Positions 32,674-42,813 of a stretch of DNA of 64,000 bases are shown piece after piece (positions within the stretch are counted from its first letter, which is position 1; each line of letters begins with the position of its first letter). The notes beneath the pieces are model-generated. The model searched no databases, was not told where the DNA came from, and saw only the letters and a program-made list of their open reading frames with translations. Made by a program: the position numbers and the translations under genes. This stretch comes from a virus. The DNA lies in IMG/VR virus record IMGVR_UViG_3300005288_000001, positions 64,001-128,000 of that record, one strand, 5' to 3'.

Positions 32674-33711
32674 ATGTCAAAGTTTATCTCATACGGCTCC
32701 ATTGGCCAATTCCGGGACACGGTTCGTTCCTGTCAACAATGGTTCGAGCATCACCAGTTGCCCAAGGGTAAGATGTCGTTTCACGGAACCGTCAAGCTGC
32801 ATGGCACAAATGCTGGCATCGGCTACGATCCAAAGACTGGTGAACTCTGGGCTCAATCTCGTTCCAACATCATCACGGTGGAAAAGGATAACGCTGGCTT
32901 CGCGGCATACGTTGAGAAGAACAAGGACTTGATTACCAAATTCATGCACAATGAAGTGCAGGGATATCTTGGTGGCGATCAAATCAAGGTGGCCTATGGT
33001 GAGTGGTGTGGCGGAAACATCCAGAAGGGTGTGGCTCTGAATGGTATCGAAAAGTTCTTCGTCTTGTTCGACATCAAGACTGTCAATGAGACGGATGCAG
33101 AAGCCGAGAATGGGAATGATTCGTCGAACGTCTACATGAACTCTAAGGACCTCGACAATCTGTGCTATCCTACGATGCCAGAAATGGTGGCGATTCGCTT
33201 CTACTGCTCCGAACACTTCCCAACGTTCGATATGGAAATCGACTTCAGCTTTCCTGAAGCCAGCGTCCAGAAACTAATCGACATTACGGAAGAAGTTGAA
33301 CGCTGCTGTCCCGTCGGGAAGCACTTTGGCGTTGAGGGAGTCGGTGAAGGAGTAGTCTGGAAGGCTGCAATGCATCCGCACATTCGCTTCAAGTCCAAGG
33401 GTGAAAAGCATAGCGACACGAAAGTGAAAACCATTGTAGCTGTGGACGTTGAGAAGGTCAACTCGATTCGCGAGTTTGTTGCTAACGTACTGACCGACCA
33501 CCGAATGGAGAAGATGATCGACCTGATGAAACAGGAGGGTCTGCCGATCGAGCCAAAGCATACAGGTAATTTCCTTAAACTCGTTATGAACGATGTACTT
33601 AAGGAAGAAACTGACACGTTCATTCAGAGTGGCTTCGTATGGAAGGACCTGACTGGACCCCTGAGCAAAACCGCTCGCGACTGGTATCTTACACAAACTC
33701 AAGCTCTATGA
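32674..33711 (+). CDS. RNA ligase 2 family (Rnl2-like)
   Basis: Motif I KLHGTN, GEWCGGNIQKG, FDI, EGVVW, FKSK; start MSKFISY. Confidence 0.8.
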   Translation: MSKFISYGSIGQFRDTVRSCQQWFEHHQLPKGKMSFHGTVKLHGTNAGIGYDPKTGELWAQSRSNIITVEKDNAGFAAYVEKNKDLITKFMHNEVQGYLGGDQIKVAYGEWCGGNIQKGVALNGIEKFFVLFDIKTVNETDAEAENGNDSSNVYMNSKDLDNLCYPTMPEMVAIRFYCSEHFPTFDMEIDFSFPEASVQKLIDITEEVERCCPVGKHFGVEGVGEGVVWKAAMHPHIRFKSKGEKHSDTKVKTIVAVDVEKVNSIREFVANVLTDHRMEKMIDLMKQEGLPIEPKHTGNFLKLVMNDVLKEETDTFIQSGFVWKDLTGPLSKTARDWYLTQTQAL

Positions 33712-33899
33712 TTATCGCAACAATTGTTATCCTGCTGTTCGCCTGGGTGGGCATCAGCCTTTGGTGGGTCTACCAAGAACTCCACGGCAACCATAGCACT
33801 CCTGATTCCTGGTGGACATGGTTTAAGTCTGCTCCTGTCCTGGGTATTCTCTGGGTGGTTGAACAGGCACAAAAGGCCAAGAAGCACGGGATCAAGTAA
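33708..33899 (+). CDS. small membrane protein
   Basis: ATGA overlap; hydrophobic N-terminus. Confidence 0.55.
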   Translation: MIIATIVILLFAWVGISLWWVYQELHGNHSTPDSWWTWFKSAPVLGILWVVEQAQKAKKHGIK

Positions 33900-34252
33900 T
33901 GGACAAATACGTATTTGTTAAAACATCCCATAATTGGGCTGATGAATTCGACATGGGTGGTTGTTTCGTGGCTATCGATTCCGAGTTCGGAGCAATTATG
34001 GATAAGATTCAAGTTGCCTTCGAGAAAGGTTTCATCACCGAGGATGACGAATTTCACTTTGGTACCAACGAGGGTTTGTCCTTCTATGACTGGGAAGACT
34101 TCCGATCAGGTGTTCGAGTTCAAGAATGTAGCAAACCTTTCTACGATGAATTTCGAATCATGTGTCCTTACGGAGTTGGTTATGACGTGATCGACAATAT
34201 ACTGGACGCCATCGCTAATTCGGAGACTGACCTTGACGAAAGCCAACGATAA
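33899..34252 (+). CDS. acidic hypothetical protein
   Basis: TAATG coupling; NWADEFD and FGTNE motifs. Confidence 0.6.
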   Translation: MDKYVFVKTSHNWADEFDMGGCFVAIDSEFGAIMDKIQVAFEKGFITEDDEFHFGTNEGLSFYDWEDFRSGVRVQECSKPFYDEFRIMCPYGVGYDVIDNILDAIANSETDLDESQR

Positions 34253-34326
34253 TCAACACTCCTTCAGTCGGAGAATTCTGAACTGGAGGTATTGCTGCTA
34301 CTGTGGCCTTATCAATCTAAGCAACG

Positions 34327-34539
34327 ATGCAACAAGACGAGAAATGCGCCGCGCCTGCGAACGCTGATTTGGTTTATCGTTTGCGGAAACGTGCTGAGAT
34401 TCGCAGACAAATCCCTTCCCGGAAATCAGTTCAGGAAGGTTCCCCTGACCGTTTGGCGGACTTGCTTGAAGAAGCTGCCAATGAAATTGAAAGATTACAA
34501 AATGAAGAAATTGCTTGCCGCCTTCGGCATTGCCCTTAG
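34327..34539 (+). CDS. conserved-looking small phage protein (LVYRLRKRAEIRRQI...DRLADLLEEAA)
   Basis: Pattern I recall from phage hypothetical proteins; function unknown. Confidence 0.6.
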   Translation: MQQDEKCAAPANADLVYRLRKRAEIRRQIPSRKSVQEGSPDRLADLLEEAANEIERLQNEEIACRLRHCP

Positions 34540-34675
34540 CGGCTTCTTGCTGTTTATTCTGCTAATAACTCTGTTGTCACTCTTCCCCGTTGCATTCTTC
34601 ATGGTGGTACTTATTGGATTCGGGACATGGTTTGCCTACGGTTGGATCGATGAATGCACGGAGTGGTTCAAATGA
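34502..34675 (+). CDS. small two-TM membrane protein
   Basis: MKKLLAAFGIALSGFLL... Confidence 0.5.
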   Translation: MKKLLAAFGIALSGFLLFILLITLLSLFPVAFFMVVLIGFGTWFAYGWIDECTEWFK

Positions 34676-34734
34676 GCGATTACATTTGCCTCAAGTGTCT
34701 ATCTTGGTGTTGCCGTTGCTATAGACGACGAACA

Positions 34735-34760
34735 TAAAAAAGGGTTCCCGAAGGAACCCT
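34735..34760 (-). terminator. gene 23 terminator AGGGTTCC-TTCG-GGAACCCT-TTTTT
   Basis: 8-bp stem, UUCG loop, T run. Confidence 0.9.
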
Positions 34761-34821
34761 ATTAAACGCCGGTCTTAGAGCCGGCTTTATTTTGCTGGAC
34801 CCGCAAGCCCAGCACACAACA

Positions 34822-36156
34822 TTACATGATGTTGTTAACGATAACACGACGGTAGTACATGTTACCGGTCGTTTGCGACGTACCAGCAGCCATGTTAGTT
34901 CCACCGTTGTCCAGCGTTACGAACGGGTTCGAAACCATGCCGTAGCGGGTCTTGAACGCGATCTTTGGTTGGAACGTGTTAGGATCAACAGCGCGAACCA
35001 ATTGCAGCGGAACGTATGGGCAGTAGAACATACCAGCGTCGAAAGGCGAAGTACCCTTGTAACCAGCGATGAAATACTGTGGGTTTGCACCACCGTTAGC
35101 CGAGAATGGATCGATATAGACCTTGTACTTACCGTTCAGGATACCGGCGAAAGTCGAAGTAGCTTCGTCAATCTTCAGGCCTGCGTTAGCAGCAGCAAGA
35201 GCTGGCTGAACGTCAAGAATACCAGCCATAGCCAGAGCGGATGCAACATCTGACGAGCAGATGATGAAGTTACCGCGACCACGACGGGTTTGTTGAGCAA
35301 TAACGTTTGCTTCACGTTCGATCTGGAACATCAGACCCTTGAACTTTTCTACCGACCAACGACCGTTAGCGTCAACGTCCAAGTCGAAAGTACCAGCCGT
35401 AGCAGTAGTACCAGCAACAGCACCAGGGCGAGCCGTGATGTAAACGTTACGAACAACTTCGCGGTTAATTTCGCCCAGCATTTCGCTCGACAGAATGTTG
35501 CTCAGTTCGGCTTCAGCGTCAAGACCGTGAATTGACTTCATGTCTTGTGCCAGTTCGATCGAGTACTCAGCCTTCAGCGCGCGGGTAACGGCTGTAACGC
35601 TGGTCTTCTCGATTGAGAACGCCATTTGGTTCAGAGTGGTAGCTCCACCGAAGTCTTCACCCGTAGCTGTCGAAACGCCAGTTGCACGAGTGTAAGAACC
35701 ACCAGGAAGAACCGCTGGGTTAGTACCAGCTTGTCCAGCACCTAGGGCTTGACCAGTAGAGAAACCAGTGTCAGCTTCGTTGAAAAGAGCTTCAGTACCA
35801 CCTTGGGTAGAATACTTGCTCTTCATCGCGAAGATCAGACCAGTTGGTTGGGTCATTGGCTGAACACCGCAAATGTCATAAGCGATCATTTGTGGCATAG
35901 CACGGCGGACCAGGCTGATCATGACTGGGTCGAACTTAGCGACACCACCAGTATCAGGGTACGAACCCACGCTGTTAGCTGGAGCTGCTTCATTCAGCAT
36001 GCCCATAGCTTGGTTGGAACTGTTAAGTTCACGTTCCTGGTTTTCCAGGAGAACCGCAGTAACTTCCTTACGGTAGTTATCGCGAATTTCAGGTTGCGAA
36101 GTGTGCTCAAGGATGGCAGACCACTTCTTAACCAGAGCGTTACGATCAATCGTCAT
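34822..36156 (-). CDS. 23: major capsid protein gp23
   Basis: LLENQE, LVRRAMP, GVQPMTQPTGLIF, RALKAEYSIELAQD, EINRE, YCPYVPL, FKTRYG. Confidence 0.98.
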   Translation of the reverse strand: MTIDRNALVKKWSAILEHTSQPEIRDNYRKEVTAVLLENQERELNSSNQAMGMLNEAAPANSVGSYPDTGGVAKFDPVMISLVRRAMPQMIAYDICGVQPMTQPTGLIFAMKSKYSTQGGTEALFNEADTGFSTGQALGAGQAGTNPAVLPGGSYTRATGVSTATGEDFGGATTLNQMAFSIEKTSVTAVTRALKAEYSIELAQDMKSIHGLDAEAELSNILSSEMLGEINREVVRNVYITARPGAVAGTTATAGTFDLDVDANGRWSVEKFKGLMFQIEREANVIAQQTRRGRGNFIICSSDVASALAMAGILDVQPALAAANAGLKIDEATSTFAGILNGKYKVYIDPFSANGGANPQYFIAGYKGTSPFDAGMFYCPYVPLQLVRAVDPNTFQPKIAFKTRYGMVSNPFVTLDNGGTNMAAGTSQTTGNMYYRRVIVNNIM

Positions 36157-36180
36157 AATTTCCTCTATTGTTAAAAATTC

Positions 36181-37191
36181 TTACTTGTTGAAACGATCAA
36201 GTGCTTGGGAGTACTGAGCCATACGACCAGTCAGGACTGGCTTAACGTCTTCAGATAGTTCCACTGGAGCATCAGTAACAACCGATTCGGTCAGTACCTT
36301 TGAACCAGACTTCTTAGCGAAGTAGCTTTCACGGATTGTCTGTAGCTTTGAAGCGAAGGCTTCAGCACTTTCGAACACCAGCTCTTCAGCCAGGCTTGAG
36401 AACTTTTCGATTTCTACGTCGGTCAGTCCAGCAGCAGCTTCAGCAACCATATCCGCCTTCTTCATTTCTGATAGAGCTTTAGATAGGTTAACTGTTTCTG
36501 CAACCGATTCGTCCAACTTGGTCGTCAGTTCAGCAACTTGTTCTTCCAGCGATGCCAATACATCGAACTTTTCTTCAGGGACTTCGATGTAGCTCTCAAC
36601 GAACAACGCCTTCAATCCACTGACGAACCCTTCCATGATTTCGGTCTTCAAACTAGACTCAAGGGCAAGTGCATTATCTTTCAACCACTTCTCAGCAACT
36701 AGTGCGAGATATCCATCAACTTGTTCAACAAGTCCCTCGGCAGCTTCTTCAAACTGTTCTTGCAGACGCTGTTCAAACTCTTCTTCAAGGCGAACAACTT
36801 CTGTCTTTACACGGCTAACCACGGCAGCTTCGAAAATTGTCGTTGCCTTGGTCTTAAATTCTTCCGAAAGGTCTTCACCATTCATCAGCGCTTCTACGTC
36901 AGCAGAAACGTCAACTTCCAGTTCTTCACGGGTTTGGCCCGGAGCCGAGAAGTGTGATGGGAACTTACCTTCAGGTGCTGTAGCGTTACCCTTAACCGAA
37001 CCTTGCTTCAGATTGCTCTTAGCAATAACCGATTGGTTAGTGTTGTTACGCTTAACGTTAGGCTCATCTACGCCGTCGTTGTTTCCAGGTGCGGTCTTAG
37101 GTCCGTCTCCGACCTTGTCAGCGCCAACCTTTTCTACGATTTCTTCCTTTGATTCGTTAACCAAATCGCGGATTGTCTTTTCAATCGACAT
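36181..37191 (-). CDS. 22: prohead core scaffold gp22
   Basis: LSEEFKTKATTIFEAAV, acidic coiled coil; synteny. Confidence 0.92.
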   Translation of the reverse strand: MSIEKTIRDLVNESKEEIVEKVGADKVGDGPKTAPGNNDGVDEPNVKRNNTNQSVIAKSNLKQGSVKGNATAPEGKFPSHFSAPGQTREELEVDVSADVEALMNGEDLSEEFKTKATTIFEAAVVSRVKTEVVRLEEEFEQRLQEQFEEAAEGLVEQVDGYLALVAEKWLKDNALALESSLKTEIMEGFVSGLKALFVESYIEVPEEKFDVLASLEEQVAELTTKLDESVAETVNLSKALSEMKKADMVAEAAAGLTDVEIEKFSSLAEELVFESAEAFASKLQTIRESYFAKKSGSKVLTESVVTDAPVELSEDVKPVLTGRMAQYSQALDRFNK

Positions 37192-37230
37192 TCATTACTC
37201 CTAATGTGTTATTAGATGTCCTACAGATTT

Positions 37231-37238
37231 TATTTATA
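37231..37238 (-). promoter_or_regulatory. late promoter TATAAATA
   Basis: Exact T4 late consensus upstream of gene 22. Confidence 0.8.
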
Positions 37239-37260
37239 CTCTATAGAATTTCTGATTCGC

Positions 37261-37908
37261 TTACTTGACGCTCTTTAGGAGACGTTCAAAATAAGCGGCT
37301 TGATTTTCAGCAACAACCTTTGCAGGCAGGCGCTTAATTTCTTGTTGGATCGCTTCCGCTACCATCCAAGTACCTGTACTCGCGTTGAATGCCCATTCCT
37401 TGTTTTCCATAATGCCTTGGACCCAAGCCTTTTGGCTAGAAGGGTCAGACACGATGTCAGCAGCGGTTGAGAGCATAAAGTCGTTTTGTACAATCTTGAT
37501 ACCGTTTTGTTCTACCAGCGAACCCATACCACGGGAACTGACACCAAGGCAAGCACCTTCGTCAAGAAGGCTCTTGACGATTTTGCCCATTGGGGTATCC
37601 AGAATTTTGGCCTTACCCAGGAAGTAGTTTCCTTCTTGAGTCAGGGATTTGATCATGTGCGAAGCGCGGTCGAGATTAACCGTTGGCCCTTCTGGATGTC
37701 CTAGTTCGCCAAAAGCACGATTCTTTTCAATGAATTCGGTGCGGTAGCGTGCAACTTCACGTTCCATAATATCTAGTGGATACGAACGCTTGTTGCGATT
37801 TGGGTCAACGGCTTGCAGGAAATAACCTTCAATGAAGTACTGCTTCTTGCCTTCTTTTTCTTCGACGATCCATTGGATGTCTTCGTTGAGTTCTGTGAAC
37901 AGTTTCAT
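37261..37908 (-). CDS. 21: prohead protease gp21
   Basis: NRNKRSYP, GELGHP, GVSSRGMGS, DIVSDPS. Confidence 0.95.
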   Translation of the reverse strand: MKLFTELNEDIQWIVEEKEGKKQYFIEGYFLQAVDPNRNKRSYPLDIMEREVARYRTEFIEKNRAFGELGHPEGPTVNLDRASHMIKSLTQEGNYFLGKAKILDTPMGKIVKSLLDEGACLGVSSRGMGSLVEQNGIKIVQNDFMLSTAADIVSDPSSQKAWVQGIMENKEWAFNASTGTWMVAEAIQQEIKRLPAKVVAENQAAYFERLLKSVK

Positions 37909-37916
37909 GTTATTCC

Positions 37917-38330
37917 TTAGGCGGTTGCTGACGTAGGATCGTCGTATGAACCGTATTGTTCAGGTTGAATCTTGGTCTTGTAACCACCAACCTTGTGGAC
38001 CTTAATCCAAATTTGTACTTCGGCAGCAGCAGTTGTAATAACGATGTCGTTAGTATTACCACCATTGTCCATGTGGAAGCCAGCATTAGGCGTCAGGGAA
38101 CCAGTAGGGCCTGCGCAGGTAGCGATGGTTACACCGTTACGAACGATAGTAGCTGTGCCGGTGGTAGTCGTCCAAGTGATACCGACGATATTAACCGTCT
38201 GCGTAGCACCATCGAGAACTTCCCAGGCACCAAGCAGGTCAACGTCCAAGTCAATGGTGTTGGCTCCAGCGGCACCTTCGATCTTAATTAGAGCTTCGTT
38301 GTTACGAAGTGAGATAATACGCTTGGCCAT
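37917..38330 (-). CDS. probable virion structural protein (beta-rich) at the gp68 position
   Basis: Thr/Gly/Val-rich 137-aa protein between 67 and 21. Confidence 0.55.
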   Translation of the reverse strand: MAKRIISLRNNEALIKIEGAAGANTIDLDVDLLGAWEVLDGATQTVNIVGITWTTTTGTATIVRNGVTIATCAGPTGSLTPNAGFHMDNGGNTNDIVITTAAAEVQIWIKVHKVGGYKTKIQPEQYGSYDDPTSATA

Positions 38331-38497
38331 TATTCGTCCTGTGTATCTTCAGGCGTATTGAACAGGCTCTTGGCTAGCTGCTCGCGCTTGGCTTGGATGA
38401 TTTCTGAAATACGATTCTTCATAAGATCGTTAAACAGTTGATCTGTAGCTTGAGAGTCTTCACTCGCAGCTGCGTAAATTAGGTCTAGTGCTGACAT
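38330..38497 (-). CDS. 67: prohead core protein gp67-like (55 aa, MSALDLIYAAASEDS...), not in ORF track
   Basis: Read manually; acidic helical peptide after the portal gene; AAGGA RBS; TAATG coupling. Confidence 0.65.
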   Translation of the reverse strand: MSALDLIYAAASEDSQATDQLFNDLMKNRISEIIQAKREQLAKSLFNTPEDTQDE

Positions 38498-38511
38498 ATT
38501 ATTCCTTCAGG

Positions 38512-40155
38512 TTATTTAGTAGATTTAGGCTTTGGCTTAGAAGCGTTATTGGCCTTAATCTCGTCCTTCTTTAGATCGGAACCATGCTCGGCATTCTCTT
38601 GATCGATGCCTTGTTGATGTTGAGCCATTTCCTGGTCCATACCCATCTGCATAGACATTTGAGCTTGCTCAAGCGGCGACGGTGTAAGTGCTGGATCTTC
38701 CTTCTTACTATCGTTTTCCATACCCTTAGCCATGAGTTCGATTTCCTCGTCGGTTTGCATCAGGACGTTCTTCTTAACAAAAGTAACGTCGTAGAAGCGA
38801 CCAATGTATGGTTCGATCAGTTGCAGGGTGGCCAAACGAGATTGCAGAATTTCTGATTCTTTAAGCTCAGCAAAATGGTTGTCGCGAATAAAGTCGAACT
38901 GGAAGAACTGCTTATTGTCATCCCAATCGTCCGGGGACATAATGCCCTTGGAGATCAGTTGAACGCGCAGGGCTTCAATGAATAGTTTCGAGAACTTCTT
39001 ACGCAGACGGCTAACGAATTTGCTGAACTTGATTTCGTCACGCGAGATTTCGCTTGACTTGCCCATCGAGAAACCAGTGGAAGGCACAAGGCGACCCAAT
39101 GGAACGTTCAGGCTGCTATACAACTTATTCTGAAAGTGTTCAACGTCTTCAAGATTCTGGAGGTTTTGTCCACCAGCCAATGTGGTAATTTCCGTACCCT
39201 TGCCGCCTTCGCGACGTGGCATCCAGAAGTCTTCCATCATAGACATATGCTTACGGTCATCACGAACTTCACCAGTTGTGGCGTCGTAAACAATCTTGTT
39301 ACGATATTTGTTCATGATGTCAGTGACGTATTGTTCCGCCTTCAGCTTTGGAAGGTTACCAACGTCAATGTAGAAAATGCGGCGCTCAGGTGCACGGCTG
39401 AGACGATAGATAACGAGGCTATCCTCAATCATCTTAAGTTGGTTAACAGTCTTTACAGCCTTGTGTAGATAACTGATAACGGTGCCAGTAGCTCCATCGA
39501 TGATACCGGATGGAACGTAGATAACCGAATCCTTGGATAGCTTAACGCCTTGCGTTGTCTTTTCCGAAAGACCCTTGTCGTTGTAAAGATAGTACTCTTC
39601 AACCGAGACAACCATGTCTACACCGGTCGGCGACTTCTTCTTTTTAACGTCCTTGACATAACGAATCTTGCGAGGGTCGATCTTGATGATATCAATGATC
39701 CCGTCCTTCGGCTTCGATGGATCAAGAAGAATGTGGTAGTAGAGGCGTCCGTCGATATACCAGTTACGGAAGATCTCGTGACCATTCTCTTCAAATTTGA
39801 ACAAGCGAACCATTTCCTCAAACTCATCACGAATCTTCTTCTTGATGGCGTCTGACATCTTTAGATCGTCTAGGTCGATATCTACCGACTTCTGACCATC
39901 CTCAGCTGAAATTGCTTCGTTGATAATGTCTTCGATTGCTGAATCGCAATCAGGGTAAGCTGCGGCTTCACGGTAACGACGGATAAGGTCGTTTTCATTC
40001 TTGATAGTGGCTTCTAAGTCGAGGACCTGTGAATAATATGCGGCCCCATCGGAGCCGAACATCGTTGCGCCATCGTCAGCAGGAGGGCTTACTACAGCCT
40101 GTACTGCTGACGATAGGGGTTTCTTCTTGCCAATTGTAAAACCAAATAATTCCAT
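38512..40155 (-). CDS. 20: portal protein gp20
   Basis: WYIDGR, IYRLSRAPERRIFYIDVGNLP, EDFWMPRREGGKGTEI. Confidence 0.97.
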   Translation of the reverse strand: MELFGFTIGKKKPLSSAVQAVVSPPADDGATMFGSDGAAYYSQVLDLEATIKNENDLIRRYREAAAYPDCDSAIEDIINEAISAEDGQKSVDIDLDDLKMSDAIKKKIRDEFEEMVRLFKFEENGHEIFRNWYIDGRLYYHILLDPSKPKDGIIDIIKIDPRKIRYVKDVKKKKSPTGVDMVVSVEEYYLYNDKGLSEKTTQGVKLSKDSVIYVPSGIIDGATGTVISYLHKAVKTVNQLKMIEDSLVIYRLSRAPERRIFYIDVGNLPKLKAEQYVTDIMNKYRNKIVYDATTGEVRDDRKHMSMMEDFWMPRREGGKGTEITTLAGGQNLQNLEDVEHFQNKLYSSLNVPLGRLVPSTGFSMGKSSEISRDEIKFSKFVSRLRKKFSKLFIEALRVQLISKGIMSPDDWDDNKQFFQFDFIRDNHFAELKESEILQSRLATLQLIEPYIGRFYDVTFVKKNVLMQTDEEIELMAKGMENDSKKEDPALTPSPLEQAQMSMQMGMDQEMAQHQQGIDQENAEHGSDLKKDEIKANNASKPKPKSTK

Positions 40156-40178
40156 AACAACTAGTTATTCAACTAGAA

Positions 40179-40706
40179 TTAGCCGGTGGTCAGGTTGGTC
40201 TCGTACCAGTTGTAAACGAACTGAACACTGAATTGTTGAATGTTTGGATTATCGTACGACAGTTCCATTTCACCGATGTCGGTTGGATACGCGTCGAAGA
40301 AGGTATACGTCTTCAGCACGTTGTTGTTACGATCCAGTTGGTCAACGATCAGGGTTGCTTGGTAGTCAGCTGGGTTTGTGAGACCGGTCGTGTCTTGCAG
40401 ATTTGCAATCCCGTTAGACCAACGCTCAAAAGCCTTGCGGACGAAAAAGTCGCCGTCGTTAAGAACAGTGATATTCCATGGAGCGTAAGCACGTTCACCA
40501 GCGAAGTGCACTGGACGGCCGCGATACGCAACAGGGATATCTTCGATTGTCATTGCTGGAACCGAAGCAGCCTTACATAGGAACGAAGCAGCCTGGGCTG
40601 CTTGTCCACCAGCCACGAAGGCTGGGAAAGCGAGCGTCACTTGGAATTGGTTGGAGCGAGCTCCACCCTGACGCATTTGGTTCTTGAATTCTGTGATTGT
40701 AGGCAT
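40179..40706 (-). CDS. 19: tail tube protein gp19
   Basis: GGARSNQF, FLCKAASVP, AGER, QLDR, AYPT. Confidence 0.93.
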   Translation of the reverse strand: MPTITEFKNQMRQGGARSNQFQVTLAFPAFVAGGQAAQAASFLCKAASVPAMTIEDIPVAYRGRPVHFAGERAYAPWNITVLNDGDFFVRKAFERWSNGIANLQDTTGLTNPADYQATLIVDQLDRNNNVLKTYTFFDAYPTDIGEMELSYDNPNIQQFSVQFVYNWYETNLTTG

Positions 40707-40722
40707 TTCTATCCTTTAAAAA

Positions 40723-42813
40723 TTAACCGCCGTTTTCGCTGAAGGAAACGTCACCGGTACGAGTCGCGATAAAGTTCAAGTTAATGAAGTTGATCGAACG
40801 AGTAGGAGCAACGTAGATGTCACCAACGAAGTTATTCGTGTCAACAACTTGTTGTGTGTTGTTGGTCTTATCGCAAACAACCTTGAAGCCAGTAATACCA
40901 CGGCGTCCTTGGACGTCACGTAGGAACGGCTCAACCATGTTACGGAAGTTAGCTTGCGTAAATTGGTCGTTGAATTCGAACAGTTGGTACTTAGCAGCAG
41001 TAGCGATAGCCTTTTCCAGAACGATGAACAGACGACGAACGTTGATACGGTCGAATGCCGATGGCTTTGCCTGCATAGTCTTGTCACCATACAGAATGGT
41101 TCCGTTAGCAGGGAAAGTAACAACTGGGTTCACACCGCTCTTGTACATCAGGTCGCGGTCGGTTTGGTTCGGGTTGAATGCAAGCTTGACAACTCCCTTG
41201 ATCTGACCACGAGTGAAACCACCTGGAGACCACCATGCGTCGTTCGTGAATTCGGTACGAGCAACCAGACCAGCGATGTCGCCGTTCAGTGGAATCCAAC
41301 GGTACACGTCGTTGTAACGGTCGTATTGGTACTTGTAACCCGAGTCCATGAAAGCGTAAGACGAGCTTACACCAACAGCATTGCGGAATGCAACAGTGTC
41401 TTCTGCAGCAGTTAGCGATGAACCGAAGATAATCGAACCATCATCCTTAGCAGCCGAGAGGAATACAACAGCATCCTTACGTGTCTCAGCGATGTTAATC
41501 AGGTTGATAGCAACTGCAGCAGAAGCGTCACCCGAAACAATCAGCGAAACGTCGTAGGTTTGGTCATCAATGAATGGAGCGTAAGCTTCAATCTTGTCAC
41601 CGTCAGTGATCGCAAAGTCGTCAGCACCACCCGAAAGAGTAGCAACTGCGGAACCTTGAGAGAACGTAACTGGAGCACCCGATGCAACACCCGCAGCCGT
41701 AACTGGGATTGACAGGGAAATAACACCAGCAGCGTTAGCAAGAACCTTCGTACCAGCAGCGATACCAACACCAGTTACCAGCTGTCCAGCTACGACGGTA
41801 GCAAAAGTGTTAGCGATAGTGATAGTAGTCGCGCCCGCAACCGACAGACCAGTGGTAACAGTAGTTGCCACAGCCAGAGATTGGAATTGCGAGAAGTTCA
41901 GTTGAGTTGCGCTTGCAGTAGTCGCTGTAGCAGCTTGGCTCAGAACCAAGGACGTGCCAGAGATCGAGTAAACAAACGTTCCAGCTGGGATGCCTGGGCC
42001 GGTAACAAACATACCTGGGAGAATTGCAGCGTTAGCAGCACCCAGTGTTTGAGCGGCGGACAGGGCAATACCCGAAGCAGCAGTCATTGCGATCAACGGA
42101 GTGATGTTAATGGTTGCGCCCCAGTTCAATTCAGTACCAGCAGCGTTAGTTGGTTGAGCAACAGCCCAAACATACTGTGACGAGTTGTTCAGAACATACG
42201 CCCAGTAAGCATTGGTCAGGTCAGACTTCTTAGCATCGGCCGCCTTGTTCAGGAAGGCATACTTTTCTAGAACGCTACCAGCAACGCCAGTCCAACGGCC
42301 GTCAGCATCGATAACTGCAATGTGCAGTTCGTCAGCGCCTGGAGCACCGTCGAATTGCGAAGCATATTGCCATTCAGCCCATGTTGAAGCGTCGCACATC
42401 GAAACGCGAAGCGAGTTACCGAACGAACCTGGATACTTAGCAGCGAATGTACCGTGCAGAGTAGCAGTGTAAGCGGTTCCAACGCCAGTTTCGTATGCGT
42501 CTTGGTTGTTAATCTTAACGCCAAGACCCTTTGAGGTTGCGTTCAGTTGACCAGCTGTATCAGCGCGGTTAACAAGAAGATTGTTTGCGTATGCTAGAAA
42601 GTTAGCAGCAGAGAAGAAAGACTTCGCGTTAGCGGTGATTGGCTTACCGTAAACTGCTACGAGTTCGTTTTCGGAATCGATAACGATCGGAGACAATACT
42701 GGGCCCCACTGGAACGCGCCTGCGAATGCACCATTGGTTGTTGCAACACCAGGGACAACGGAAGTGTAATCCTTTTCCTGGATTTGTACGCCTGGAGAAA
42801 CGAGAAATGCCAT
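40723..42813 (-). CDS. 18: tail sheath protein gp18
   Basis: SPGVQIQEKD, WGP, YDRYND, FDRINVRRLF, FEFND. Confidence 0.97.
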   Translation of the reverse strand: MAFLVSPGVQIQEKDYTSVVPGVATTNGAFAGAFQWGPVLSPIVIDSENELVAVYGKPITANAKSFFSAANFLAYANNLLVNRADTAGQLNATSKGLGVKINNQDAYETGVGTAYTATLHGTFAAKYPGSFGNSLRVSMCDASTWAEWQYASQFDGAPGADELHIAVIDADGRWTGVAGSVLEKYAFLNKAADAKKSDLTNAYWAYVLNNSSQYVWAVAQPTNAAGTELNWGATINITPLIAMTAASGIALSAAQTLGAANAAILPGMFVTGPGIPAGTFVYSISGTSLVLSQAATATTASATQLNFSQFQSLAVATTVTTGLSVAGATTITIANTFATVVAGQLVTGVGIAAGTKVLANAAGVISLSIPVTAAGVASGAPVTFSQGSAVATLSGGADDFAITDGDKIEAYAPFIDDQTYDVSLIVSGDASAAVAINLINIAETRKDAVVFLSAAKDDGSIIFGSSLTAAEDTVAFRNAVGVSSSYAFMDSGYKYQYDRYNDVYRWIPLNGDIAGLVARTEFTNDAWWSPGGFTRGQIKGVVKLAFNPNQTDRDLMYKSGVNPVVTFPANGTILYGDKTMQAKPSAFDRINVRRLFIVLEKAIATAAKYQLFEFNDQFTQANFRNMVEPFLRDVQGRRGITGFKVVCDKTNNTQQVVDTNNFVGDIYVAPTRSINFINLNFIATRTGDVSFSENGG

